DNA of 64,000 nucleotides, taken from the NCBI GenBank assembly GCA_017999895.1, contig JAGNKY010000015.1, forward strand, positions 4,278-68,277. Reading direction: 5' to 3'. Source of the DNA: Bacteroidales bacterium. Its GTDB lineage: Bacteria > Bacteroidota > Bacteroidia > Bacteroidales > VadinHA17. Shown piece by piece: positions 16,059 through 25,757 of the stretch. A model generated the notes under the pieces. The model was given only the letters and a program-made list of their open reading frames with translations. It had not been told where the DNA came from and made no database searches. Every line of letters begins with the position of its first letter. The first letter of the stretch is position 1. Made by a program: the position numbers and the translations under genes.

Positions 16059-18386
16059 TTATTTTTCAGTGCTCATTGAATAAGGGAATGAATCTTCTTT
16101 CGTGCCTCTTTCATAATTGGGTTCCGGCGACATATTGAATTGTAGATTCCCTCCTCTCTGAAGCTCACGGTGAGTTATAAAATTACGATCTAATTTTCTT
16201 CCGTTAAGTTTGATACTTTCGACATAGACATTCTTTCTGCTGTTCCCCTGAGCATCAATTACAAATTTCTTTCCATCTTCGAAGGTCAGAGTCACTCTGT
16301 CGAATAAAGGTGAACCGAAAACGTACTGGTCGGTCCCGGGCGTAACAGGGTAAAAACCAAGAGCAGAGAAGACATACCACGCAGAGGTCTGACCATTATC
16401 CTCATCTCCGCAATAACCGTCGGGAGTATAATTATATAGTTTGTCGAGAACCCGCCTTACATGGAACTGGGTTTTCCATGGTTCACCTGCGTAATTATAA
16501 AGATATATCATGTGTTGAATGGGCTGATTACCATGTGCATAATTGCCCATATTCATTATTTGCATCTCACGGATCTCATGAATGACTATGCCATAATATG
16601 AATAGTCAAATATTGGCGGGACTTCAAAAACCGAATCGAGCTTTGCAACAAATTGTTCCCGTCCACCCATCAGGTTGATCAGCCCGGCAATATCCTGGAA
16701 AACGCTCCATGTATAATGCCAGCTATTCCCTTCTGTGAAGGCATCTCCCCATTTATACGGGCTGAACGGCGTCTGAAATGATCCATCAAGATTACGCCCT
16801 CTCATAAGTTTTCTTTCCGGGTCAAAGACATTTTTATAATTCATAGCCCGTTTTGCGAAAAGATCTATCTCTTCCTGGGGTCTGTTGAGTTCTCTGGCAA
16901 GCTTCCATATACAAAAATCAGCATAGGCATATTCGAGAGTTCGTGCAGCGCTTTCTCGTATGCCTACATCATACGGTACATAACCGAGATTATTATAGTA
17001 ATCTGCACCAAGTCTTCCAACGGAAGAAACTGGTCCTACTCCAAGTGTATTTTTAATTATTGCCTCATACAAAACATTTATGTCATACCCCCTTATCCCT
17101 TTCAGGTATGAGTCGGCAATCAAAGATGCAGAGTTCGATCCTATCATACAATCGCGATGACCGGGGCTGGCCCATTCGGGTAGCCATCCGCTCTCTTTAT
17201 ATGTATTTACCAGCCCCTCCATGATCCTGCTGTTCAAACTGGGATACATTAATGTTGTGAATGGGAAAAGAGCTCTGAAAGTGTCCCAGAAGCCATTATC
17301 GGTGAACATATATCCTGAAAGCACCTGGCCGTTATAAGGGCTGTAATGAACTATATCGTTGTTTTCGTCAAACTCATAAAAACTCCTGGGGAACAAAATC
17401 ATTCGGTAAAGGCATGAATAGAAAGTCCTCTGCTGATCGTAAGTACCGCCTTCAATCCTGATCCTTTTAAGTTCCCTGTTCCATTTTTCTTTTCCTTCAT
17501 TCATCACAGTTTCAAAATCCTTTCCTCCTATCTCACGTTTTAGATTAAGCTCGGCCTGCTCAGGACTTATAAATGATGAAGCGACTTTTACGTTTATTAC
17601 TTCTCCCTCAACAGTTTTAAATCCCAGTACCGCGCCGGTATGCTCTCCTTCATTTTCCAGTTTCCTGACATTCAGTTTTCCGTCTTTCCAGGTATAAGCT
17701 GAGCTGAAATCTTTATCGAAAACAGCAACAAAATAGTTATGGAAGTTTTCGGGAACCCCACCGTGATTATTTCTGCAATAGCCGGTAACTTTCCGTTCGG
17801 ATGGAATGATCTTAACCTTCGAGCCCATATTAAATGCATCTATCAGAATGAAGGAAGAATCGTTTTTAGGAAAAGTAAAACGAAAAATGGCTGCCCTTTC
17901 TGTCGGAGTCACTTCCGCAGTAACGTCGTGATCGGCAAGATAAACACTGTAGTAATAAGGTTTGGCCATTTCTGCCTTGTGAGAAAACCATGAAGCTCTC
18001 TCATCTTCCTTTATCCGAAGATTGCCGGTAACAGGCATAAGTGAAAAAGCCGCATAGTCGTTTATCCAGGGACTCGGCTGGTGAGTTTGTTTTATCCCCA
18101 TAATTTTAATGTCATCATAGGTATAGCACCACCCGTTACCCATCTGGCGTGTCTGGGGTGTCCAGAAATTCATTCCCCAGGGAAGAGCGATCGCTGGATA
18201 AGTATTCCCATTCGACAGCCTGAACTCCGAATCTGTACCCATCAGCGGACTTACAAGTTCAACAGGATCGAATTCACTCTTAGTTTGAGTTTGAATTTCA
18301 GAACATCCTCCCGTTAACAGCAAAATTGCAAAAGAAAAAAGGAACAGATTTACTTTAATTGTTTTTAAGGATAGAATATTAGCCAT
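16059..18386 (-). CDS. GH92 family alpha-mannosidase, lipoprotein
   Basis: 775 aa. Lipobox LLLTGGCSE and the GH92-type motif GDEDNGQTSAWYVFSALGFYPV. Confidence 0.85.
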   Translation of the reverse strand: MANILSLKTIKVNLFLFSFAILLLTGGCSEIQTQTKSEFDPVELVSPLMGTDSEFRLSNGNTYPAIALPWGMNFWTPQTRQMGNGWCYTYDDIKIMGIKQTHQPSPWINDYAAFSLMPVTGNLRIKEDERASWFSHKAEMAKPYYYSVYLADHDVTAEVTPTERAAIFRFTFPKNDSSFILIDAFNMGSKVKIIPSERKVTGYCRNNHGGVPENFHNYFVAVFDKDFSSAYTWKDGKLNVRKLENEGEHTGAVLGFKTVEGEVINVKVASSFISPEQAELNLKREIGGKDFETVMNEGKEKWNRELKRIRIEGGTYDQQRTFYSCLYRMILFPRSFYEFDENNDIVHYSPYNGQVLSGYMFTDNGFWDTFRALFPFTTLMYPSLNSRIMEGLVNTYKESGWLPEWASPGHRDCMIGSNSASLIADSYLKGIRGYDINVLYEAIIKNTLGVGPVSSVGRLGADYYNNLGYVPYDVGIRESAARTLEYAYADFCIWKLARELNRPQEEIDLFAKRAMNYKNVFDPERKLMRGRNLDGSFQTPFSPYKWGDAFTEGNSWHYTWSVFQDIAGLINLMGGREQFVAKLDSVFEVPPIFDYSYYGIVIHEIREMQIMNMGNYAHGNQPIQHMIYLYNYAGEPWKTQFHVRRVLDKLYNYTPDGYCGDEDNGQTSAWYVFSALGFYPVTPGTDQYVFGSPLFDRVTLTFEDGKKFVIDAQGNSRKNVYVESIKLNGRKLDRNFITHRELQRGGNLQFNMSPEPNYERGTKEDSFPYSMSTEK

Positions 18387-18396
18387 AATTACTGTT

Positions 18397-19440
18397 TTAT
18401 AGAATTTTAAGTTTTATTATTTGTTCGAAAACTTTCTCAGGTGTCAGTTGTGTCATGCATGCAAAATCGCCCCTTTTGCATTTTCCTTTTCCGTACACAG
18501 AGCATGGCCGACAATTAAGCACTTCGAAGGGTATTTTAATAGAATACTCTTCCGGCTGACCCCAGGCTCCGAAGCCTGCAAGCGGGTCGGTTCCACCCCA
18601 TATAGAGATAACACTTGTACCTGCCAGTGATGCCATGTGCATATTTGATGAATCCATTGCAATCATAAAGCTGAGCCTCTCCATTATAGCTATCTGGTCG
18701 GAAAGTGTCATTCTTCCACATAAATTTGTAGCTGATCCGACTGCCTTTTCAATCTCCTCAACTTTCCAATACTCGTCTGCTCCACCGAAAAGCCAAAACC
18801 ATACCTTTTTATTTGCCGAAATCATCTTAAGAAGTGCAATCATATTTTCAACAGGCCACTGTTTAAGTTCATGTTTTGCAAATGGCGCAACTCCTATATG
18901 TAATGCTGATTTATCATCAAACTTATCGCCAAATAGAATAGAAACCTTTTTTTCAGATACCCGAGCTGGAAAAAGAACTTTCCCTACAACAGGTTTTATA
19001 TTGAATCCGGCAGCGGCAAAAACATCACAATACCTTTCTACAGAATGTTTCAACCGAACCTTTTTTCTTCCTGAGATTAATTCCCTTTTTTCACGTCTGC
19101 CCTTATCCAGAATAAAAACCGGAACCCCTGTAACCCTGAAAAAGAAATCTATAACTCTTGACCTTATAACATTATGCAAATCTATTATATAATCAAACCT
19201 GCCAGTTCTCCGAAGTTGAAAGTATAATTTTATTATTCCCGACAAGCCTTTATAGCCTGATTTCAAATCAGGTGCAAAAAGTTCTGTTTCAGGATCCGAT
19301 ATAAAAAAATCTCTGAAAACAGGCTTTGTAAATACCATAATTTTAACCTCAGGGTATTCCTTTCTAAAAGCATGAAGTACGGGCAATGTTAATACAACAT
19401 CACCCATAGCTGAAAGTCGTATCACAAGTATCCGTATCAA
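18397..19440 (-). CDS. Glycosyltransferase family 9 (LPS heptosyltransferase-like)
   Basis: N-terminus MIRILVIRLSAMGDVVLTLPVL is typical of GT9. 347 aa. Confidence 0.8.
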   Translation of the reverse strand: MIRILVIRLSAMGDVVLTLPVLHAFRKEYPEVKIMVFTKPVFRDFFISDPETELFAPDLKSGYKGLSGIIKLYFQLRRTGRFDYIIDLHNVIRSRVIDFFFRVTGVPVFILDKGRREKRELISGRKKVRLKHSVERYCDVFAAAGFNIKPVVGKVLFPARVSEKKVSILFGDKFDDKSALHIGVAPFAKHELKQWPVENMIALLKMISANKKVWFWLFGGADEYWKVEEIEKAVGSATNLCGRMTLSDQIAIMERLSFMIAMDSSNMHMASLAGTSVISIWGGTDPLAGFGAWGQPEEYSIKIPFEVLNCRPCSVYGKGKCKRGDFACMTQLTPEKVFEQIIKLKIL

Positions 19441-19844
19441 TATTTGTTGTATAATTTTTCCTCAAGCAGCCCAGAGGATGTTTTAAGGTTTATTTCTCGT
19501 TTTATCTCCGCCCTTCTGTCATTAGTGAAATATACCGAACGGGCTGTATTAACAAAATCTTCTCCGAAATCTTTTCTTCTCTCTAAATCACGGATATGAT
19601 TTTCTATATCCCAGAGTTTTGAGTTAATATTATAGAGCTCGGTTACAAGCGGATCGTCCAGACTAAGTATTGATTTTGCAGCCTCAGCAACAACTTCATA
19701 TTCTTTTCTTATGTTTACAAGCTTATCCTCATCATTAATCTTTTCAAGTTTAATCATTAAAATGGTCAGCCTGTCAATTATTTCACCGTTTGAAACTTCA
19801 ACTTTCATGTTTAAATCATTTAATAAATATCTGTATATTAACAA
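19437..19844 (-). CDS. Small conserved hypothetical protein, translationally coupled to the GT9 gene
   Basis: 135-aa ORF whose stop overlaps the GT9 start by 4 nt. The start may be the internal MKVEV. Confidence 0.5.
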   Translation of the reverse strand: MLIYRYLLNDLNMKVEVSNGEIIDRLTILMIKLEKINDEDKLVNIRKEYEVVAEAAKSILSLDDPLVTELYNINSKLWDIENHIRDLERRKDFGEDFVNTARSVYFTNDRRAEIKREINLKTSSGLLEEKLYNKY

Positions 19845-19998
19845 AATATACTATTAATGGAAATGATACCGATATTACAGATTTTCATATATCCGTGGTT
19901 ATCCGTTGCATCAGGGTCATCCGTGTGCTGTTTTTCTTCATTTTACATCACACCTTTTTTATATTCAAATTTAATATTTTTCATTCATTAAAATTTTT

Positions 19999-22473
19999 TC
20001 AATATGGATCGACATCTATTGCGGTCCGAAGCAACGAAGCGCCTTTCAGAGAGAGAATTGAATCTATAGCGTTCTCTATCAATTCTTTAGCTTGAGAAAG
20101 TGACTGCTTTTTTTCAATTTTTATAAGAATTACTTTCAAATGCCATTGCTGGATCCTTGAAATAACTGGAAATTCAGGTCCCAGTACATGCATTCCGAAA
20201 TAATTGCGCAGCAAATCTCCAAGATTGTCTGAAAAATAGTTTAGAAGGTTTTTATCCTTATGCTTTAGAGTGATTTTAACAAGCCTCGAGAAAGGCGGAT
20301 AATTGAATGCTTTTCTTTCTTCAATCTGTGATTCATAAAATGCTTTATAATCGTTTCTTATCACATATCGTAAAATCTTATGCGATGGGTCGGCTGCCTG
20401 AATAATTAATTTGCTTTGTTTATGAATTCGGCAGGCTTTTTCACTTATCTGTACCATCATCTGAAAAGCCCTTTCATTCGCTCTGAAATCTGGATAATTA
20501 AGTAAACTATCAACATTTAGAATTCCCACAACAGTCAAATTTTCAAAATCAAGCCATCTTGAAATCATCCGTGTACCAACAAGTATATCTATACGGCCTG
20601 CTTCGAAATCTTTTAATATCATGTTGATAGAATCGGTTCTGCGGGTTGTGTCCATGTCCATTCGTGCAACAACAGCCTGGGGGAAAATAATCTTTATCTC
20701 ATCTTCAATTTTTTCAGTGCCAAAGCCTCTGGTTTCAATCGACGTTGAGCCACAAGACGGACATGTTGCGGGCACATTCGATATGTTTCCGCAGTAGTGG
20801 CAAATTATTTTATTTACTCCTTTATGATAAGTAAGGTTGACGGCGCACCTGTTGCACACCGGAATCCAGCCACATTCCCTGCACTCAAGATATGGTGCAA
20901 AACCCCTTCTATTTCGAAGTAACATTATCTGTTCTTTTCTTCCGAGTGCTTCTTTAATAGCATCAATCAACTGTGGAGAAAAATGTGAAATCATCAGTTT
21001 CTTGCGGTAAGCTTCACGTGTGTTGACAATAATAATCTCCGGCATTCTTTTAACGTCGAAATGTTGCGTAAGTTCAGTTAACTCGTATTTTCCTTTAAGA
21101 GCATTATAGTAACTTTCTATCGACGGTGTTGCCGAACCAAGTACTGTAACAGCGCCATAAAGCGAAGCAAGCATAACAGCACAATCTCTTGCATTATAGC
21201 GTGGAGCAGGATCATACTGTTTATAGGAAGCCTCATGTTCCTCATCCACTATAATTAGTCCGAGATTACGAAATGGCAGAAATATTGATGATCTCAATCC
21301 AAGTATAACCACTCCCCTCTTCTTCGTCTCCTCGCCTATAATTCTTTCCCATATTTTTATTTTTTCTTTCGGACTAATAAATGAATGATATACATCGGTA
21401 AATGACCCAAAATATTTTTTCACTCTTTCAATTATCCTGGAAGTAAGTGATATTTCAGGCAAAAGATAAAGAACTTGTTTTCCATTTTCCAGACAATCTT
21501 TAATAAGGTGCAGGTAAATTTGCGTCTTGCCGCTTGAAGTTATACCATGTAAAAGAACAACATTCTTTTTTGTAGCTATTTCCTTAATTTTCCTGTAAAC
21601 AGCCGATTGTGCATCAGAAAGAGGTTCGGGGTCACACTCCGGTCTGGCATCTTTACACTCATCAGCTTCCATTTCAACCTGAAGTAATATACCTTTATTT
21701 ATCAGTGATGTGAGGGTCGAAGTAAATGCATCTGCCTCTTTAAGAAGGTTCTCCTTCTTAACCGGAATAATTTCCCCTGCATTGTTATAATCAATGATTT
21801 TTAAATATGTTTTAAAAAGCTCCTGTTGCCGACGTGCTTTCTTAAGAGATTCAATTATCTTCTCTACCTCCCCGGAAGTGAATTGACGAGCAGCTATTAT
21901 ATATTTTTCTTTACTCTTTCCCGATTTAACTCTTACCGATTCAATAGCTGTTACTGCCTTATTTAAAATGAGCTTATTAACCAGCTTTATAATATTTTGG
22001 CCGTCAATATCAGCCGGCAGGTTCTTCAGCCTTACATGTTTCCTTTTTTCAATTATACATAACAGTTTTGACGATACATCGTCGAGTAATTTCAAGTCGG
22101 TAAAAGAAGGATCAGGCTCCAGAATAGTTTCGCTTTCAGGGCATAATCCTGCTGGCAGAGCAGCTTTCATAACTTCCCCGGGGCTACACATATAATACTC
22201 TGCAATCCATTCCCAGAATTTAAGCTGGACGCCGGTTAAAAGAGGAGCTGAATCGATTATATCTATCAATTCTTTTAAACTTTCTAATAATGGTTTCGTG
22301 TCATATATTCTAAGAATAATGCCGGTATAAAGCTTCTTTCTCCCGAAAGGCACAATAGCTCTTGACCCCGGGCATGCTAATTCAACAAGATTTGCCGGAA
22401 TAAGATAGGTAAAAGTCCGTTTTACAGCAAGCGGTAAAATAACATCGGCATAGAGCTTATTTTGCATAAACAT
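19999..22473 (-). CDS. priA: Primosomal protein N' (replication restart helicase PriA)
   Basis: 824 aa. Walker A GITSSGKT, DEEH box, and the Cys-rich zinc region CRECGWIPVCNRCAVNLTYHK...CHYCG...CPSCGS. Confidence 0.9.
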   Translation of the reverse strand: MFMQNKLYADVILPLAVKRTFTYLIPANLVELACPGSRAIVPFGRKKLYTGIILRIYDTKPLLESLKELIDIIDSAPLLTGVQLKFWEWIAEYYMCSPGEVMKAALPAGLCPESETILEPDPSFTDLKLLDDVSSKLLCIIEKRKHVRLKNLPADIDGQNIIKLVNKLILNKAVTAIESVRVKSGKSKEKYIIAARQFTSGEVEKIIESLKKARRQQELFKTYLKIIDYNNAGEIIPVKKENLLKEADAFTSTLTSLINKGILLQVEMEADECKDARPECDPEPLSDAQSAVYRKIKEIATKKNVVLLHGITSSGKTQIYLHLIKDCLENGKQVLYLLPEISLTSRIIERVKKYFGSFTDVYHSFISPKEKIKIWERIIGEETKKRGVVILGLRSSIFLPFRNLGLIIVDEEHEASYKQYDPAPRYNARDCAVMLASLYGAVTVLGSATPSIESYYNALKGKYELTELTQHFDVKRMPEIIIVNTREAYRKKLMISHFSPQLIDAIKEALGRKEQIMLLRNRRGFAPYLECRECGWIPVCNRCAVNLTYHKGVNKIICHYCGNISNVPATCPSCGSTSIETRGFGTEKIEDEIKIIFPQAVVARMDMDTTRRTDSINMILKDFEAGRIDILVGTRMISRWLDFENLTVVGILNVDSLLNYPDFRANERAFQMMVQISEKACRIHKQSKLIIQAADPSHKILRYVIRNDYKAFYESQIEERKAFNYPPFSRLVKITLKHKDKNLLNYFSDNLGDLLRNYFGMHVLGPEFPVISRIQQWHLKVILIKIEKKQSLSQAKELIENAIDSILSLKGASLLRTAIDVDPY

Positions 22474-22627
22474 ATTTTATTATGCAAATTAGCAATATTA
22501 TTCGTGAATATTCATTATATTGGTTATTGCATCTTGTTTAATAAATCATTTAAGCCACATTGTATTAAAGGATAACTAAGTAGAAAAATTATTCAATTTT
22601 GATTACATTCTTTAAAATTTATTACTT

Positions 22628-23167
22628 GTGAGAAAAAAGAAAAATGAGGAACTCGGTAGGAAGAGCATAAGTGAGTATAAGAGTGCAAATAAGATACCTG
22701 TTATAGTAGTTCTTGATAATGTGAGGAGTCACAATAATGTCGGTTCTATTTTCAGGAGCTGTGATGCTTTTCTTGTGGAGGAAATAATCCTTTGTGGCAT
22801 AACCGCCACGCCTCCTCACAGGAATATACAGAAGACGGCCCTTGGGGCAACCGAATCGGTAAACTGGAGATATTTTAATTATACCGTGGAAGCTGTGATT
22901 TCTTTAAAAAGGGACGGTTGGATAACGGTAGCTATAGAACAAGTAGAAGGTGCTATTGAATTACAGGATTTTGTTGTAGAAAGGGACAAAAAATATGCTC
23001 TCATTTTCGGCCATGAAGTTAATGGCGTTTCGCAAGAAGTGATTGATATTTGTGATGCATTCGTCGAGATACCACAGTTTGGAACAAAACACTCACTCAA
23101 CATTGCAGTGAGCGCAGGTATAGTCTTATGGGAATTCAGCAGGAAGTTTATGAATGAAAAAAAATAA
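22628..23167 (+). CDS. SpoU/TrmH-family RNA 2'-O-methyltransferase
   Basis: Motifs LDNVRSHNNVGSIFRSCDAF, LIFGHEVNGVS and IPQFGTKHSLNIAVSAGIVLWEF. Apparent GTG start. Confidence 0.8.
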   Translation: MRKKKNEELGRKSISEYKSANKIPVIVVLDNVRSHNNVGSIFRSCDAFLVEEIILCGITATPPHRNIQKTALGATESVNWRYFNYTVEAVISLKRDGWITVAIEQVEGAIELQDFVVERDKKYALIFGHEVNGVSQEVIDICDAFVEIPQFGTKHSLNIAVSAGIVLWEFSRKFMNEKK

Positions 23168-23198
23168 GCTGCCCCTCGTTAGTTCGAAGGGCAGCTTA
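23165..23198. terminator. Hairpin between convergent genes (likely bidirectional terminator)
   Basis: 10-bp stem TAAGCTGCCC/GGGCAGCTTA with a 14-nt loop, followed by TTTG. Confidence 0.55.
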
Positions 23199-23217
23199 TT
23201 TGATTCCGATAACTTTT

Positions 23218-24933
23218 TTACTGTACTATTGATTTGAATGTATCGTCATTCCAGTATTTAGCAAGCTCAAGGTCTGTCTTTGCATATTCTTTCCATGATG
23301 CGTCGAAACCGATAGCTTCGCGAAGGCCGTTCATCGAATAGTTTCTGTCGTCGAGTCTGGCGCCCACTACAGCTTTAAGGTACGAAGGTTTACCGCATTT
23401 GCATAGTTCTTTAATGCCATCGAGTGTGATTTTTGCCCTTGCAACATCACCCTTCAGAACCTGGGCAAGAGCCAGATTAAAGGATGGTTCACCCGACAGA
23501 TAGTTAACTGCAGCATCATATTGTCCTTTTGTGATAGCTATTGCGCCAAGCCCTAATCTGGATTCTGCACTTGCAGCACTCATCGAGTTATAAATTTCTT
23601 CTGCTTTTGCTATATCGCCTTTGAGTAGATAGGCAGCAGCCATATTATTCTTCACGACGTCGTTGTTATTATCTATAGCTCTTGCTTTTTCAAGAGCGGC
23701 GATAGCTTCATCTGCTTTGCCGAGATTTATATAACAGTAACCTACATTATTATGTGCTCTGATGCATGTCGGAAACTGTGCAGCGGCTGTCTGATAAACT
23801 GCAAGTTTCTGGTTCATATCGGTTACAAGAGCACCTGCATGAAGAATTTCTTCAAGTGACAGAGCTTTAGGATCGGACTTGTATTGAGCAAGTATTTCCT
23901 CATCGCTCCTGCCGATGAGATCAACATTAACCTTCATTTCCGACCTTCTAAGTCTGGGAAGAACATCGGTTTTCAGCACTTCGAAGGCTTCTGCCATATT
24001 TCTTATTTCTCTTTCACGAACTTCAGGATCAGAATACATTGAAAGAACACGAAGTATTAAGTCTTTATCCTTTATATTTGATTTTTCCAGCTCAGCCTTG
24101 AAACCTTCCCAGTCTTCGGCAGTCGTTCGCTCGTTAAAGAAATTGGATGCTTTTGCAGCTTCTATTTTCGCAAACTCGCTTCTGATAAATTTGTCGGCTG
24201 TGTTTCCTCTCTGACCCGATAGCTTTTCATTAAAATCATACTTTCCATCCGGTGAAGCATAAGAACTTACATCCGTATTCTTAAATTGTCTTTTAGGATC
24301 TTCATTCACCTTCTTAATATATTCTTTGAGAAGTTGAATATCCTCGGCCTTAAGTTCTGAACTGCGAAGGTCATACCGGTTTATAATATAGTGAATATCA
24401 GCCATCATGCTTTCAGGTATAACCCTCATATATTTATCCGGCATTAATACAGGTTTACCATGTAAATCAACAAGTGTAGAAGTAGCTATTACACCGTCGG
24501 CAATCTTTATAGGATCGAAGTTAAGGCTTGTGTTTCCCCTTGTAGCCTTCACTCTTACGAAAAGCTCCGATTTTTTCATCTCCTTTTTATAGGGAATTCT
24601 ATCGCTATAAGAAAAACTGTCGCCATTATATGAAATAACTTCATTATTTGCCTGAACACTTTCACCCTGTACTTTTACAGCTTTGAAGGCTGTTTCTCCA
24701 CCGCTGTAAACAAGAACCGGCGTTATTTCCATAATGGTTTTCTTGTCGAAATATTTCGGTGGAAAAGTGCCTTTTATAGTAACATCCACCTGACCGGCAT
24801 GAGCCTCCAGAACTTTAGGAGTAACTTCGTATTTAACCAGGCTTGCATTCTTTTTCATTTTGTTGAGCCCGCTGCAGCCTGTCATTAACAGGCCTGCAAG
24901 AAGAAGGATAAGTAAGTTACCGAATCTTTTCAT
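23218..24933 (-). CDS. TPR-repeat lipoprotein
   Basis: Lipobox LLMTGCSG and a C-terminal TPR-like A/Y/N-rich repeat region. Confidence 0.6.
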   Translation of the reverse strand: MKRFGNLLILLLAGLLMTGCSGLNKMKKNASLVKYEVTPKVLEAHAGQVDVTIKGTFPPKYFDKKTIMEITPVLVYSGGETAFKAVKVQGESVQANNEVISYNGDSFSYSDRIPYKKEMKKSELFVRVKATRGNTSLNFDPIKIADGVIATSTLVDLHGKPVLMPDKYMRVIPESMMADIHYIINRYDLRSSELKAEDIQLLKEYIKKVNEDPKRQFKNTDVSSYASPDGKYDFNEKLSGQRGNTADKFIRSEFAKIEAAKASNFFNERTTAEDWEGFKAELEKSNIKDKDLILRVLSMYSDPEVREREIRNMAEAFEVLKTDVLPRLRRSEMKVNVDLIGRSDEEILAQYKSDPKALSLEEILHAGALVTDMNQKLAVYQTAAAQFPTCIRAHNNVGYCYINLGKADEAIAALEKARAIDNNNDVVKNNMAAAYLLKGDIAKAEEIYNSMSAASAESRLGLGAIAITKGQYDAAVNYLSGEPSFNLALAQVLKGDVARAKITLDGIKELCKCGKPSYLKAVVGARLDDRNYSMNGLREAIGFDASWKEYAKTDLELAKYWNDDTFKSIVQ

Positions 24934-25045
24934 AATCTTATAGTTTATGTTTAATAAAATAAATAACTTTTACAATTTATTAATAATTACCTCTTTCTGC
25001 AAATCTAATAAAAAAAGATAAATAACAAGTTAAATTAAATAAAAT

Positions 25046-25690
25046 TCAACATAAAATTACCTTATTTATTCCAGTACGGTAATCCGAATTGAAAATGGCA
25101 TTTATAACCTTTATGTAATCTTCTTCATTATCAACGAAATCTATTTGATTAACATCAATTACAAGATATTTGTTTTCAGGATTTCTGTTGAAAAATAAAA
25201 AATAATTTTCCTGAATTTTTTGCAGATATTCAAGTGTAATTGACTGTTCATAATTTCTTCCCCGTTTTTTGATATTCTGAAGAAGTCGTTCAGGTTCTAT
25301 GTGCAGATAAATATAAATATCGGGTTTTGGGAAAATATCAAAAATTTTAAAAAAGAATTGACTATAAAGTTTATACTCCTCATCTGAAAGAGTTGCATTT
25401 GAAAAAATAAGTGACTTTGTAAAATAATAGTCGGCAATTGTAAATGGATAATAAAGGTTTTCCGCTGTTATTTCTTCCTTTAGCTGTTTATATCTGGAAG
25501 CCAGAAAAGAAAGTTCAAGAGGAAAAGAGTATTTTTCAGGGTTTTCATAGAATTTTGGTAGAAGAGGATTATTTTCAAAACTCTCGAGAATTAGTTTTGC
25601 CTTATATTGTTTAGCTATCTTTGTTGCAAGAGCGGTTTTACCTGCTCCTATATTTCCCTCAATGACAATATAACTATATTTTGGGATCAT
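25046..25690 (-). CDS. Deoxynucleoside kinase
   Basis: P-loop IVIEGNIGAGKT. The start was moved to MIPKYSY (ATG at 25690) so that it no longer overlaps the pnp 3' end. Confidence 0.8.
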   Translation of the reverse strand: MIPKYSYIVIEGNIGAGKTALATKIAKQYKAKLILESFENNPLLPKFYENPEKYSFPLELSFLASRYKQLKEEITAENLYYPFTIADYYFTKSLIFSNATLSDEEYKLYSQFFFKIFDIFPKPDIYIYLHIEPERLLQNIKKRGRNYEQSITLEYLQKIQENYFLFFNRNPENKYLVIDVNQIDFVDNEEDYIKVINAIFNSDYRTGINKVILC

Positions 25691-25757
25691 AATGTTCTTA
25701 ATGTTTCTTTTTAAAGAAAGGGTCGAGCAAAAACAAAAAAGGGAAAATATTTTTCGA

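Noticed and set aside
18635-19192. 185-aa plus-strand ORF antisense to the GT9 gene, plus three ~60-70-aa ORFs at 18421-18721.
   Set aside because: The GT9 reading frame has the family N-terminal signature. The overlapping ORFs have no independent support.
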